IMG/VR virus record: IMGVR_UViG_3300027754_000060 | Span: 33,086-97,085 of that record | Strand: one strand, 5' to 3' | Source of the DNA: a virus | DNA: 64,000 nucleotides | Shown here: in pieces, positions 1 through 10,400 of the stretch | How positions within the stretch are numbered: the first letter of the stretch is position 1 | Layout of the letters: the number at the start of each line of letters is the position of its first letter | Program-made: the position numbers and the translations under genes | The notes under the pieces: model-generated | Databases searched by the model: none | Told to the model about the DNA's origin: nothing | What the model saw: the letters and a program-made list of their open reading frames with translations, nothing else

Positions 1-1
1 T

Positions 2-325
2 GCCAATATCATGGACTCTTTGATAGAATCCCCAAATGATTCTGATCCAAGTAAAAATTTTGAGTATGTAGTTTATTTATGTGGAAAAAAGCTTTTAAAT
101 TTATCAGCAATTGGATCCGAAAAATTCCTATCTATGCTAAAAGATTCTGATTATGGATATAGCCAAGTTTCCCCGACACAAATAACTCAGTATTCCTATT
201 CGCATATTACCGATTATTTGAGGCAGCATATCGAGAATAATAACCAGGCGGAACAAGTAAGATCTAATAAGACAGAATTTCAAGATGACTTTATATACTA
301 CTCTAAGATGAAAAATCAATCATGA
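2..325 (+). CDS. 5'-truncated ORF, possibly the C-terminus of a glycosyltransferase-like protein
   Basis: The frame is open from the window start and the stop overlaps the next ATG (ATGA). The 'YSYSHITDYLRQHIE' helix resembles a GT-B C-terminal helix; the call otherwise rests on gene context. Confidence 0.35.
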   Translation, partial: ANIMDSLIESPNDSDPSKNFEYVVYLCGKKLLNLSAIGSEKFLSMLKDSDYGYSQVSPTQITQYSYSHITDYLRQHIENNNQAEQVRSNKTEFQDDFIYYSKMKNQS

Positions 326-1338
326 ATATTTTATATATTGGACCATACAGACAATTAGATATGTGCGGGACACACTCCTTTGCAATTTTACAAAAACTGC
401 TAAAAATTCCAGATATCAATGTATCATCAAGACCAATTTATATACAAAACAATACGACTGATTCAATAAATAAAAATATCTCGAAAAGAGAAGTATTTAA
501 TGCTGAACATCAGAAATTAGATCATTATGACACAATAATACAAAACGTTCCAATAAAATGGTTCTGTTCAGATCTTAGATTTAAAAACAATATTTTTATA
601 CCTATTCTTGACAGTGAGAATTTTTTTGATGAAGACGTACAGAAACTAGAATATTGCGATAAAATACTCGTCGATTCGGACTACTCACAATTAAGGTTTA
701 ATGCAATAGGTCTAAAGGACAAAGTACACAGATATGTTTTATCTACAGAGCCAGATATCATAACAGATTTGTTTGGCACTACCGTTGACAAAAAAATGGA
801 TCTAAAGATATATAATAGTTTTATAAAAATATATACTATAGTTAACTATACGAAGGATACAGATATTATTCACGATACGATTATTTCTTTTCTGTCTACC
901 GAGAAGAGATCCAACTGTTGCTTTGTTCTGTTTTTACTGAATTTTAATCAAGATGAATCAACTAGACTTTCAGAGTTTCTCTCTCTGGTGTACCAATCTT
1001 TAAACAGGACTATGATTTTTCGAAAAGTGCTGATGGTGCCAATAGATGCTAACATAGAGAATCTATTGGCTGCTCATAAGACAGGAGACATATTCTTAAA
1101 TATCGGAGCAGCTAGCTATGATAGCCTAAATGAAATGCTATGCTCCTCTGCCAATAGTCAATTTGTGTCAAGTAAAAACTCAGATTTCACAAGGCCCAAT
1201 ATCCAAAATAACAGACTAAGCCCAGTAGGATACTCAATCACTGAACATGAAAACTTCTTTTCAACAAGCGACTCTTCTGCCACTCTAACGAACAATGCTT
1301 TTTCTTCATCAAAACTAGAAACTCTCATATGTCAATAG
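322..1338 (+). CDS. GT-B (GT4-like) glycosyltransferase-like protein, divergent
   Basis: N-terminal MNILYIGPYRQ..G start; 'YDTIIQN', 'CDKILVDS' and 'AAHKTGDIFLN' follow the GT4 layout. The E-x7-E motif is not retained. Confidence 0.55.
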   Translation: MNILYIGPYRQLDMCGTHSFAILQKLLKIPDINVSSRPIYIQNNTTDSINKNISKREVFNAEHQKLDHYDTIIQNVPIKWFCSDLRFKNNIFIPILDSENFFDEDVQKLEYCDKILVDSDYSQLRFNAIGLKDKVHRYVLSTEPDIITDLFGTTVDKKMDLKIYNSFIKIYTIVNYTKDTDIIHDTIISFLSTEKRSNCCFVLFLLNFNQDESTRLSEFLSLVYQSLNRTMIFRKVLMVPIDANIENLLAAHKTGDIFLNIGAASYDSLNEMLCSSANSQFVSSKNSDFTRPNIQNNRLSPVGYSITEHENFFSTSDSSATLTNNAFSSSKLETLICQ

Positions 1339-2216
1339 CTTTCAAAATACATAATATTATTAGTTCGTGCCTAGATAAGGAAATTAGCTCGGTTTTAGTT
1401 CCTCATCTAAGTGTTTTTGATAAGATTTATGAGATGCTAGACATATCTGTTTCTTTGTTAAAAAAAGAAGAAATAATCAAACCCTCGAACATATTTGTTA
1501 GTAATAATATCTTATCTCATTCTAAAGAGCGAAAAGCTTTGGGCGTTAAGTATCATATAAAAGATCTTATTTTCTTTCATGACATTCCGAATGCTCAATT
1601 TAAAAAAGAAGATAGGATGATACTAAGAAATGGATTGAACTCTTGTAATAAGATTGTTTTTCACGAACAGATAGCAAAAGCATGGGGATTATCTGAGGAT
1701 CAAAATACAAACATAATAGATTATGGCATTCCCATTATGCAAACAGAACAGATATCTCCTAAAAAGTCCAGGAAATCTGTTATAATATTAAATTTTAAAC
1801 ACGGACAAATAGCTAGGGACCTGCATAACTATATTAAACAAGCAAATGATGATTCTGTTTGTATCGAATCAATGCCAAGTAGCTTGCAGCAATTATCTGA
1901 TGTTGTGTCTGAATATAGGATATGTATAGATGTAAATGATTATATAAATGTTTTGTTTTCTGCTTCTTGTGGAGTTATTGCTATTGGGGCTGATAGTTTT
2001 GATCCAAATATAGACTCTATTATGAAGATGACAGATTATTCAAATATACACAAGGTTATTTCAGACATAATGTCTATTCCAGAAGAAAAATATCATGAGC
2101 TGATTAAAAAAAATAGTGATTATATTCATAGTAAATATTCTATGATTAATTTTACAAACAAGATGATGTCTCTTATGTCCTCTATTAAATCGGAACCCTT
2201 TTATCATGAAACGTAA
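1329..2216 (+). CDS. GT-B glycosyltransferase-like protein, divergent
   Basis: 'IIDYGIP', 'EYRICID...ASCGVIAI' and a C-terminal 'YIHSKYSMINF' helix match the GT4 C-domain layout. Confidence 0.5.
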   Translation: MSIAFKIHNIISSCLDKEISSVLVPHLSVFDKIYEMLDISVSLLKKEEIIKPSNIFVSNNILSHSKERKALGVKYHIKDLIFFHDIPNAQFKKEDRMILRNGLNSCNKIVFHEQIAKAWGLSEDQNTNIIDYGIPIMQTEQISPKKSRKSVIILNFKHGQIARDLHNYIKQANDDSVCIESMPSSLQQLSDVVSEYRICIDVNDYINVLFSASCGVIAIGADSFDPNIDSIMKMTDYSNIHKVISDIMSIPEEKYHELIKKNSDYIHSKYSMINFTNKMMSLMSSIKSEPFYHET

Positions 2217-2622
2217 TATATCCATAGTTGATAAGTATAAGTCCTATACTGTTGAAGGTGCGACATCTATCGATAGGAACAGTATTGAAACTATTATTAA
2301 TGATTCTATAGACAACATATTCTTCTTTTGTCTAGAATACTGCAATCCGGAAACTTTAAATTTAGATATTAAGATTTTATTAAATAAACTAAGACTAGAT
2401 GGATCATTAATTTTACAGTTTATGAATACAAAAAAAATATGCGAAGGATTAATAGCTGAAACCATATCTGAGGAGCTATTTCTTAAGTCTTTTATAAATA
2501 AAAAGCAGCTTATTTCTGTAGATAAAATATGTTCTTTAATAAGTGGTGATTCATTTACCATAATAAAACTGGATCACATAGAAAGCGAAACAGTCATGAT
2601 TATAAAAAGGATTTCAATATGA
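2206..2622 (+). CDS. Truncated SAM-dependent methyltransferase-like protein
   Basis: 'DSIDNIFFFCLEY...KLRLDGSLIL' resembles the class I MTase D..(v)leh...LkpgG.l segment. There is no GxG motif I. Confidence 0.4.
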   Translation: MKRNISIVDKYKSYTVEGATSIDRNSIETIINDSIDNIFFFCLEYCNPETLNLDIKILLNKLRLDGSLILQFMNTKKICEGLIAETISEELFLKSFINKKQLISVDKICSLISGDSFTIIKLDHIESETVMIIKRISI

Positions 2623-3368
2623 ATACAAGCTGTAAAGATTGCATGTTTGCTAATATCGCAGAACACAAAGAAAGCTGTGAGTTTGGAATCATAGAAGAGA
2701 TACAGAATGATCATCATGTAGAAGTAATAGATGGATACAATTATATAAAAGATTATACTTGTAAATATGGACTATCTAGATCCACGCACGATCAACATTT
2801 GCAACATTTTTCTCATGAAGAGACAAAAAAGACTATTGTTGACAAGGCCATCATACAGTATACTCTTTTTATAGATACATCATCAGATAATCAAGATATA
2901 GACTATCTGGATCTGTGTCAAGATATTAATAAGCTATCTATTATGCCCAACTATATTATATTTTTAGGTTGGGAGTTAAGCCCTATTGATTTAAGCACTC
3001 TTAAAAACACAATAAATCCAAATGTTCGATGGAAATTTCTGACATCAGCAGATAAAGAGAGTAGTGACATAAATATGTGGAGCATTTTTCAAACAAATAA
3101 AAATAATATTGGAACATATATATGGATAAATAAGGCTAATAATTTAAAAGATAGAGTAGAAAAAGATATGATTCGAAATATCAACCACTTAATAATGGTT
3201 AAGCAGCCTACTTGCAATTTCCTTAGATCAACAGTATCAGCAGGATCTAATTCCGACAGTCTCTTTATGACTAAGGAAAATTATATTGGAATAACAAAAA
3301 ATATCGATAAGTCTATAGGAATAGCTATTTGTGGAATGGGCGAAACGATAATAAAATATTATGATTAA
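2619..3368 (+). CDS. Hypothetical protein with N-terminal Cys cluster (CKDC..C..C)
   Basis: 249-aa ORF translationally coupled to both neighbours. Confidence 0.6.
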   Translation: MNTSCKDCMFANIAEHKESCEFGIIEEIQNDHHVEVIDGYNYIKDYTCKYGLSRSTHDQHLQHFSHEETKKTIVDKAIIQYTLFIDTSSDNQDIDYLDLCQDINKLSIMPNYIIFLGWELSPIDLSTLKNTINPNVRWKFLTSADKESSDINMWSIFQTNKNNIGTYIWINKANNLKDRVEKDMIRNINHLIMVKQPTCNFLRSTVSAGSNSDSLFMTKENYIGITKNIDKSIGIAICGMGETIIKYYD

Positions 3369-4041
3369 TGCTTTAATAATAACACCAGAGATAACTAAAG
3401 GAATGAAGTCTATTGGGTCTAAGTCCCTATTATTATTAAAAAACACCCAACTTGTTATAGATTACCAGATAGAGCAAATTTATAAAATATGTAAAAATAC
3501 AGATATCTCTATTGTGATCGGTTTTGACTCTGGTAGGATAATAGATCATATTAAAAGTAAGCATAAAAATATTAGAATTATAGAAAATAAAAGATATGAT
3601 AAAAGTAATCAATCAGAAGACTTATTCTTATATCTATCTAAGATGCGAAACAGAAGATTAAAAAATCTTATTATTATTTGTAGTGGAATATTAATTAGAG
3701 AAGATACTATAAATCTAAAAAATCTCTCAGGAAAATCCAAAATATTTTTATTAGACAAAGCCAAAAATAACTTTAATATAGGTTGTGCAGATACTGAGGA
3801 TACAGAATACCTGTTCTACGATCTCGCTCAACCCTGGTCAGAAATCTTATATTTTAATGAAGAAACGATAGAAAGAGCTGCTTTAATACTCAAAGAGAAC
3901 GCCTCGCATCTTTTCTTATTTGAGATTATAAATAAAATTATTGCTTCTGGAATTATTATAAAAAAACATCATATATCAAAAAATAATGTAATGAAAATAA
4001 TGGGAACGAAAGACTTAACCAAAGCTAAGATTTTTATATGA
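3361..4041 (+). CDS. Sugar-phosphate/phosphocholine nucleotidyltransferase-like protein (LicC/GlmU N-domain-like), divergent
   Basis: 'ALIITPEITKGMKSIGSKSLLLL...IDYQIE...IVIGF...IIENKRY..SN' aligns by eye with IILAAGxGxRM...PKxLl...iVvGy...i.N..y..tN. The GxGxR motif is lost. Confidence 0.6.
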   Translation: MINALIITPEITKGMKSIGSKSLLLLKNTQLVIDYQIEQIYKICKNTDISIVIGFDSGRIIDHIKSKHKNIRIIENKRYDKSNQSEDLFLYLSKMRNRRLKNLIIICSGILIREDTINLKNLSGKSKIFLLDKAKNNFNIGCADTEDTEYLFYDLAQPWSEILYFNEETIERAALILKENASHLFLFEIINKIIASGIIIKKHHISKNNVMKIMGTKDLTKAKIFI

Positions 4042-4769
4042 CAAAAAAGATACTTGTTCAAAATGCCGACAATAAGTTTATTAATAATTTATCCATAAGT
4101 CAGCTTTCTCCGCCAATACAGAGAATGGTTAAGACTATTCGAGATGACCTATATAAGACATTTTATAGTTATAGATTTGAATCGATTATTCTAGTTGCTT
4201 CTTTGCTTAATCCAGAATCAAAACAATTTATTCTAGAATATCATGGTGAAGTTAATATAATGATATATGATGATATTAATGGGGCAATTATTGATGAAGA
4301 TATAAAGAAAGTCTGCAAGATTTTAAGGAATAAAGCAAAAGATACGAATAAGAGTAAAGATAAGGGCGAGATTTCCATACCAAGACTACTAAATCAGGAT
4401 ATTTTTAAAGCAGACAACAATGTTACCAAAAAATCTCAAATAGCAGTCTTCTTGGATGGAATAAATATACTGCCAGACACTTTGATGGAAAAATATCTTC
4501 ATCCCTTTTCTGACCTGAGCATAAAAATGTTTAACAACACCTTAGTATCTCACTGCCAAAATCTAGGCAATGTACCAGAGAAAGGAAAAGCAAAAATACT
4601 TCAAGAGTCCGAATTCTACTTATGTCTCACAGAAGAATATTTAGCAGAAGCCTGGTCATGTGGATGCAAAGTTTTAGACATAAAGGAATTAGACAACCTT
4701 ATTCCAAAAAAATATGCCGTACCACAGACTTATCAATCTTACTCTAATTTTATAAAAAATATTATATGA
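4038..4769 (+). CDS. Glycosyltransferase-like protein
   Basis: C-terminal 'AKILQESEFYL...YLAEAWSCGCKV' matches the GT4 EA..cG.pv motif. Confidence 0.5.
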   Translation: MTKKILVQNADNKFINNLSISQLSPPIQRMVKTIRDDLYKTFYSYRFESIILVASLLNPESKQFILEYHGEVNIMIYDDINGAIIDEDIKKVCKILRNKAKDTNKSKDKGEISIPRLLNQDIFKADNNVTKKSQIAVFLDGINILPDTLMEKYLHPFSDLSIKMFNNTLVSHCQNLGNVPEKGKAKILQESEFYLCLTEEYLAEAWSCGCKVLDIKELDNLIPKKYAVPQTYQSYSNFIKNII

Positions 4770-5230
4770 CAACTACCAGAAACATAGGGTTCATACTACC
4801 CAAATTATCCAACCATGTTTTTTTTACAGACCTATTTAAAACAATTCATGAATTTATAGAAAAAAACCCATTTGACCAAATAGTCATATTTAATAGCTTT
4901 TCAGAAATAACCCAGCCTCTTAATATTCCCATATTCCATCTTAGCCATGCTCAATTTTTTACCGGGGATCTATTTTTATTTGATATAATTAGTGCGATAC
5001 TAACAAAATCTTTTCCAAGAGCAAACAATAGATATATCTACGCCCAAGATGTTCCTTGGATGACCAACCCAGGAGTAGCTTATTCTGAGTGGTTAGAGAT
5101 ATATGGCCAAGATAATCTAGAGATTATAGCGAAGAACAAAGATCTTTATGACCTGTATCATAAGTGTTGGAAGAAGCCAAAAGGAATTTCAGAAAGTTTT
5201 AAATATGAAGAAATTGCACAAATTATATGA
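4766..5230 (+). CDS. Hypothetical protein, possibly a stand-alone GT-B N-terminal domain
   Basis: Rossmann-like pattern 'NIGFIL...IVIF...YIYAQD.PW'; coupled to the upstream stop. Confidence 0.45.
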   Translation: MTTTRNIGFILPKLSNHVFFTDLFKTIHEFIEKNPFDQIVIFNSFSEITQPLNIPIFHLSHAQFFTGDLFLFDIISAILTKSFPRANNRYIYAQDVPWMTNPGVAYSEWLEIYGQDNLEIIAKNKDLYDLYHKCWKKPKGISESFKYEEIAQII

Positions 5231-6008
5231 AAATCTCTCGGACATAGAAAAAAAGACTATTATTAATAGTTTATATGTTACTGAGAAAAAAAGTTTTGCT
5301 GATATTGCCACTATCTATGGAACCTATTCTAATAGGATTAGAAGAGACGCTAAAAAACTACAAATAAATATTAGAGACAAATCCGAGGCTCAAAAGAATG
5401 CTCTAACAACAGGAAAACATGCTCATCCTACCAAAGGAAAAACCAGATCCTCCGAAACTAAAGAAAAAATTGGACTATCTGTTCTACAGTCATGGGAAAA
5501 TTTATCCGATGAAGAAATAGAAAAAAGAAAACAATCATCAAAAGCTAATTGGGACAATCTATCTGTGGAAGCAAAAGAACATATGCAAAAATCAGCAAAT
5601 GCAGCTATTAGGATATCTAGTAAGATTGGATCTAAATTAGAAAAATTTTTATACATCAAGTTAATTAATGATGGCTTTAAAGTCGAGTTTCACAAAGAGA
5701 ACACTCTTGCAAATACCAAGTTGCAAATAGACATGTTTATTCCTAGTATAAATACGGCTATTGAAATAGATGGGCCTTCACATTTTGAGCCGGTGTGGGG
5801 TCAGGATGCTTTATCTAAAAATATTACATATGATCAAAAAAAAGAGGGCTTAATATTTGGTAGGGGTTGGAGTTTAATAAGAATAAAACAAACCAAAGAT
5901 TTTTCTAAAGCTAGAAGTAACTTAATCTATAGCAAACTAGTAGAATTTATAAGTATTAATTCTAAAATTTTAAAAAGTGGTCAACAAAAAATGGAGATTC
6001 ATGACTAA
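5205..6008 (+). CDS. Vsr/DUF559-like endonuclease with NUMOD3-like DNA-binding motif (homing-endonuclease-like)
   Basis: HTH-like N-terminus, 'KGKTRSSETKEKIG' (NUMOD3), and 'SKLEKFL...IDMFIPSINTAIEIDGPSH...DQKK...GWSLIRI'. The start is taken as the ATG at 5205 rather than 5148. Confidence 0.75.
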   Translation: MKKLHKLYENLSDIEKKTIINSLYVTEKKSFADIATIYGTYSNRIRRDAKKLQINIRDKSEAQKNALTTGKHAHPTKGKTRSSETKEKIGLSVLQSWENLSDEEIEKRKQSSKANWDNLSVEAKEHMQKSANAAIRISSKIGSKLEKFLYIKLINDGFKVEFHKENTLANTKLQIDMFIPSINTAIEIDGPSHFEPVWGQDALSKNITYDQKKEGLIFGRGWSLIRIKQTKDFSKARSNLIYSKLVEFISINSKILKSGQQKMEIHD

Positions 6009-6726
6009 AATGGTTAAAAAAGAGAAGGTCTGTGAAGAAAAAGAAAATGTTGATATAAAGCAGCCTAAAATCACAGATATAGAATGGACGGATTATGTTC
6101 TTGGCCTTTTATCAGATGATGAAAAAATAGGTGGAAATCCAACTACTGATGGATTAAGAAGAATATTTGAGTTGGCCTTAAATTGTAGCGTAATATCGGC
6201 TATTAGTGATGTTGTTCAGGCTCCTAGCCCAGAAAATGAAAAAAGAGCCACTGTGGTTCACTCCATTTCCTATGTTTTAAAAGATACCGCTCCAGAGGAC
6301 GAAGACTTTAAACACAAGTCTGTAAGCGGCGCTGCGGACGTTTATTGGGGCAATTGTGATAAGGTGTACAGAAACCATCCGATAGCTGTGGCAGAGACCA
6401 GAGCTGAGGGAAGAGCCTTGAGAAGAGCTTTGAGACTAAGAAAGGTTGTTGCAGCAGAGGAGATATCTAAGGAGATAGATGATCATCCTGATGAGAATAC
6501 TGTTTCTAAAATAAGTAATAATCAGATAAATTTTATTGACGTAATAGCAAAAAGACTTAATATAAATATATCGAAGCTGTTAAAGAGCAATGATTTGTCT
6601 TGTGAAAATATCTACACTCTTTCTCATGAGAATGCAGTTAACATTATAAGATTGTTGTCAAAGTATCAGCAAAATATGGCGGACATATCAGAAAGTATTA
6701 TAGGTTATTCTAACGATTGGAAATAA
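6001..6726 (+). CDS. Probable Rad52/Sak-like ssDNA-annealing protein
   Basis: 'DGLRR', 'GAADV', 'AVAETRAEGRALRRAL', plus a C-terminal 'ISNNQINFI...LSHENAVNII' helical extension typical of phage annealing proteins. Start at 5977, 6001 or 6010. Confidence 0.5.
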   Translation: MTKMVKKEKVCEEKENVDIKQPKITDIEWTDYVLGLLSDDEKIGGNPTTDGLRRIFELALNCSVISAISDVVQAPSPENEKRATVVHSISYVLKDTAPEDEDFKHKSVSGAADVYWGNCDKVYRNHPIAVAETRAEGRALRRALRLRKVVAAEEISKEIDDHPDENTVSKISNNQINFIDVIAKRLNINISKLLKSNDLSCENIYTLSHENAVNIIRLLSKYQQNMADISESIIGYSNDWK

Positions 6727-6728
6727 AA

Positions 6729-7064
6729 ATGAAAGTAACATATAGGGCCACAGATAAACTTGTTTTTGAATTAGAGGGTTCTGGACAAAAGGAAATTTTT
6801 AAAGAGTTAGCTCTAATCCAAGAAATTTTTAGTGAAGAAAAGTGTGGACTATGTGGTAGTACAAACTTGAAGTTTATTGTTAGAAATGTAGATAATAATG
6901 ATTATTTTGAATTAAGGTGCAACGATTGTGGGGCAATCTTAGCATTCGGACAACATAAAAAGGGAGGCACATTGTTTCCAAAAAGAAAAGATGATAATGC
7001 AAACTATCTCCCCAACAAGGGGTGGCATAAATGGACAAAAGACAAAGAATCTTTATCAAAATAA
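6729..7064 (+). CDS. Zn-ribbon protein
   Basis: CGLC-x19-CNDC; the ATG at 6729 lies just after the upstream stop. Confidence 0.65.
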   Translation: MKVTYRATDKLVFELEGSGQKEIFKELALIQEIFSEEKCGLCGSTNLKFIVRNVDNNDYFELRCNDCGAILAFGQHKKGGTLFPKRKDDNANYLPNKGWHKWTKDKESLSK

Positions 7065-7074
7065 TAAACTTTGA

Positions 7075-7470
7075 TTATATTTCTTTCTTCCATTTTCCAA
7101 CAGGACACTCTTGATCTGCCCAAGCCAATTTACTAATATATCTTTTATTCCTAATAAGTAGGCATCCACATTTAGAGCATGTGTCTTCTTTAAAAAACTC
7201 ACAAGATCGACAGATATTATGTCTTTCGATAATCTTTTCTTCTGAACATAATTTCATCCCCGTAGATATATGTTCTATTGTAGCTTTGGCAAAATTTTTT
7301 AGTTTCTCGCTAAAAGTTTTATCGTCGCTTTGTCTATGTAGTGGTTTTTTACAGATGAAAACAGGAGGATCTCCATCAAAAGATCTAAGTTTTATGCCAC
7401 AATTATTACATTCATAGTTCATACCATCTTCGCTAGAAAACTCGCAAAAACTATTTTGTGAAATACTCAT
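7075..7470 (-). CDS. Small Cys-rich protein (DUF6171-like)
   Basis: 'R..IC.SC....CSKCGC...K......CPVGKW' pattern; last gene of the - strand virion module. Confidence 0.6.
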   Translation of the reverse strand: MSISQNSFCEFSSEDGMNYECNNCGIKLRSFDGDPPVFICKKPLHRQSDDKTFSEKLKNFAKATIEHISTGMKLCSEEKIIERHNICRSCEFFKEDTCSKCGCLLIRNKRYISKLAWADQECPVGKWKKEI

Positions 7471-10400
7471 AAGGTATCAACTCCCATGGAAAAAGGCTTC
7501 TCATATTTTCTGATTTATTTTCTATTCCATCTACACTTCCATAAAATGCCCTAAACATCATTTCGTTTTGCAGCTGCAGAAAATCTGTAATGGGTGCTTG
7601 TTCGAGTGCTTTTGCGGCATTTTTTTGCAAACATTGCCAAGCATAAAAATTATTAATCAGTAGATAACCAGAGGTTAGCTCTTCTGGACTAGGAGGATTG
7701 GCACTACTAATTTGTTGATAAGTACTATGTTTTCCATATCTAAATACGGACGTTAATAGATCTATGCCACGAACTTGTCTAGGTATTTTTCTAAATTGCA
7801 CTCGCAAATTCGCCGTATCATCAAGATTAAAAATATTATATACTCTCGCAACAGCACTTACTCTCGATCCCTCAGAATCCTGTAAGCCAAGACCCCCATC
7901 GGATGGAGATGTTACACACTGGATATCATTTGTTGGGCCAATTCCTGGAACATACGCGACATCTGCTGAAAAATCATTTTTTATAATCCCCTGGTTTAAT
8001 CTTTTTGCTAGATCTTTTTCATCATTTATTCTTTCGTGAGGAGCAAGAAGAATTTCATATGTTTCTTTTGCTCTTACCAGTATCTCTGAGCCAGGCAATA
8101 TCCCGTCGGTATCGGAGTTATAGCTGAACGATCTTTCTATGGTCGTTAGTTCCCAATTTGGAGCACCTGGCAACTTATAAAGATCGACTATTTTCTCTTT
8201 ATCCTGTTTTATTTTTTCATCTGGAATCTTATAAATGAAAACGTCTCCTCCTGAATAGAAATCCTCTATACCTCCGCTCTTTATGCCCTCACCAACACCA
8301 GCACTAACTGGACAAATATTACTATTTCCAAGAAATACCGCTGTTCCTTTTAATGTATTAATAAGAGAGCAGGCGTATTCAGTTTTAACTAAAACTCTAG
8401 GCCTCATCTCTTCTGCTATGCTACAAGATTGTTTTGGGTCTATATTGATCCAATAGTAATCATTACTAACATCTTTATATGTTATCTGATACGCTCCAGC
8501 TGAATCTGTTTTAAGATCGATATTTATATGTTGAAGCAGTTTAGTATCTCTTATAATTGCTGATTCTTTGTCCTGAATAAAAGACCTAATTATTCCAAGA
8601 TCTTTATTATTAGAATCTTTTAGAATCTTCGTTCCATGCTCCAAAGGTAATAATCGATCTGCCTCATTTCTTGTGGGAGACTCATCTCCAATTATGATGT
8701 GTCCATCTGTTTCAGCAAGGATTTTACCAAACTTAGAATCTGGAGACGAAATACTAGCTGCTACTTTTTCGCTATCTGGTGGTGGTGACTGAGTATAAAA
8801 AACTTTAGCAAAAGGAATTGCTTGATCTTCTAATACTTTAAGAATCTCGTTTCTTTCCAAATATTTGTCTTGTAGCGATCTATAAGTTCGTTTTTTATTG
8901 CATTGATTAATATCAGATCCTTTCCCATAACAAGATCCAGCATCGTCAGGTAGAGAGGCATAATGTTCTTGTAAGTATCTAATATTTGAGCTGTTGATTA
9001 TTAAGGTTGTACTAGCTGCGTCTGTTTTTCCAACACTATTATCAAGATTTGTAACATCTTCTGCTGACTCCATCTTTTGCAATCTGGCTGATAACCCTGA
9101 TATCTGTTCTGGGGTCAATCTTTGAATTGGAAATTTTTGGATATAATCGTCTTCAATTATTAATTCTCCAAAATCTTGAGAGATACTCTTAAATGAAGAA
9201 CTTTTTAAATACATAATATCATATTTATGGCTAGGGGAATTTAAAATAGCTCTAGATATTTCTTCTAGAGTAGCCTGTAACTCATCGACTAATGGAGTTT
9301 TTGTATTGGGGGACGCGATATCTGAGTTCTTTGTCTTTTCTGGAGCTGTTGGCCAGCCATATCCAGAGACTATTTGAAAATTGTCTCTCAATAATAGTCT
9401 TTTATATTCTTCAGAAGAGTAAGCATAACCAGCTATTTTTTCATCTTTAACAACCTTTATTGTTTTCTGTGTTCCGTCTGTGGAATAAAACAGAGTTACC
9501 TGATTATATTTTATCTTATCGTTTTCTATATTATTAAATATCTGATATATATTTTTTAAATTATTATGTTGTAATTGGCAAGTCAAGATATTTTTATTAA
9601 CAGTAGGAGAACCATCCCCATAGCTACCTAATCCTGACAAAGAAAAACTTGACTCTGGAGTTAAGGGCCTACTTTGATTTTTATCCAGACCCCAAAGACT
9701 TATGGGGCTATTGGTTGTTGAGGTTTTTTGATTTTTAAATACTAGTAGAGTCTCACCAAATCCACACAGAGTATCATTTTTACTCATGTCTATTGGGATT
9801 TCTAATAATGTGTAGTATTTGCCATCTTTCACAATAGAGGCTTTATTTAGTATCTTTGTATCAATAGTTTTGCTGTCATCTGTTTCCCCATTAGAATATA
9901 CTCTAATGCCAAAGTTTGAAACAACCGGAGTATCAGATGACTGAGCATTTGGATTTGACGATCCATACATTGAGTCTGAACTAGCAGTAGCCTCATCAGC
10001 AGAAACGCCAAATATATTATACGGAATATTAGTTTCCAGCAGAACAATTTGTTTATTTCTTAATTTTGTTAAAAAGCTACTATCAAAAATGCTTTTTTTA
10101 TAATTGGATATATGATTATACTGTAAAAATTTATTAGCGGATAAAAGAGCTGATGGATCATCAGATAAATTAACTAAAGAATCATCTTTTATAACATACA
10201 AACCAGGCGATGGAGAATCATCAGCATCTGGGTCACATGGTTCTACAAAAGAAACATCAACTATGTCTCCTTCTTCATAAGAGACATCTGAGACAGTAGA
10301 AAATGATCCAGAGTTAGGAGAAAAGCTTTTACAATCAATAATACTTAATTTTTTAATAAAAATAGGATCTATTAAATCTTCCATGCTTTCTACTACTGAA

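Noticed and set aside
5148-5204. ORF-track N-terminal extensions (5148; likewise 57021, 61263, 6717)
   Set aside because: They overlap upstream genes more than needed; downstream ATGs fit SD position or stop-start coupling better.
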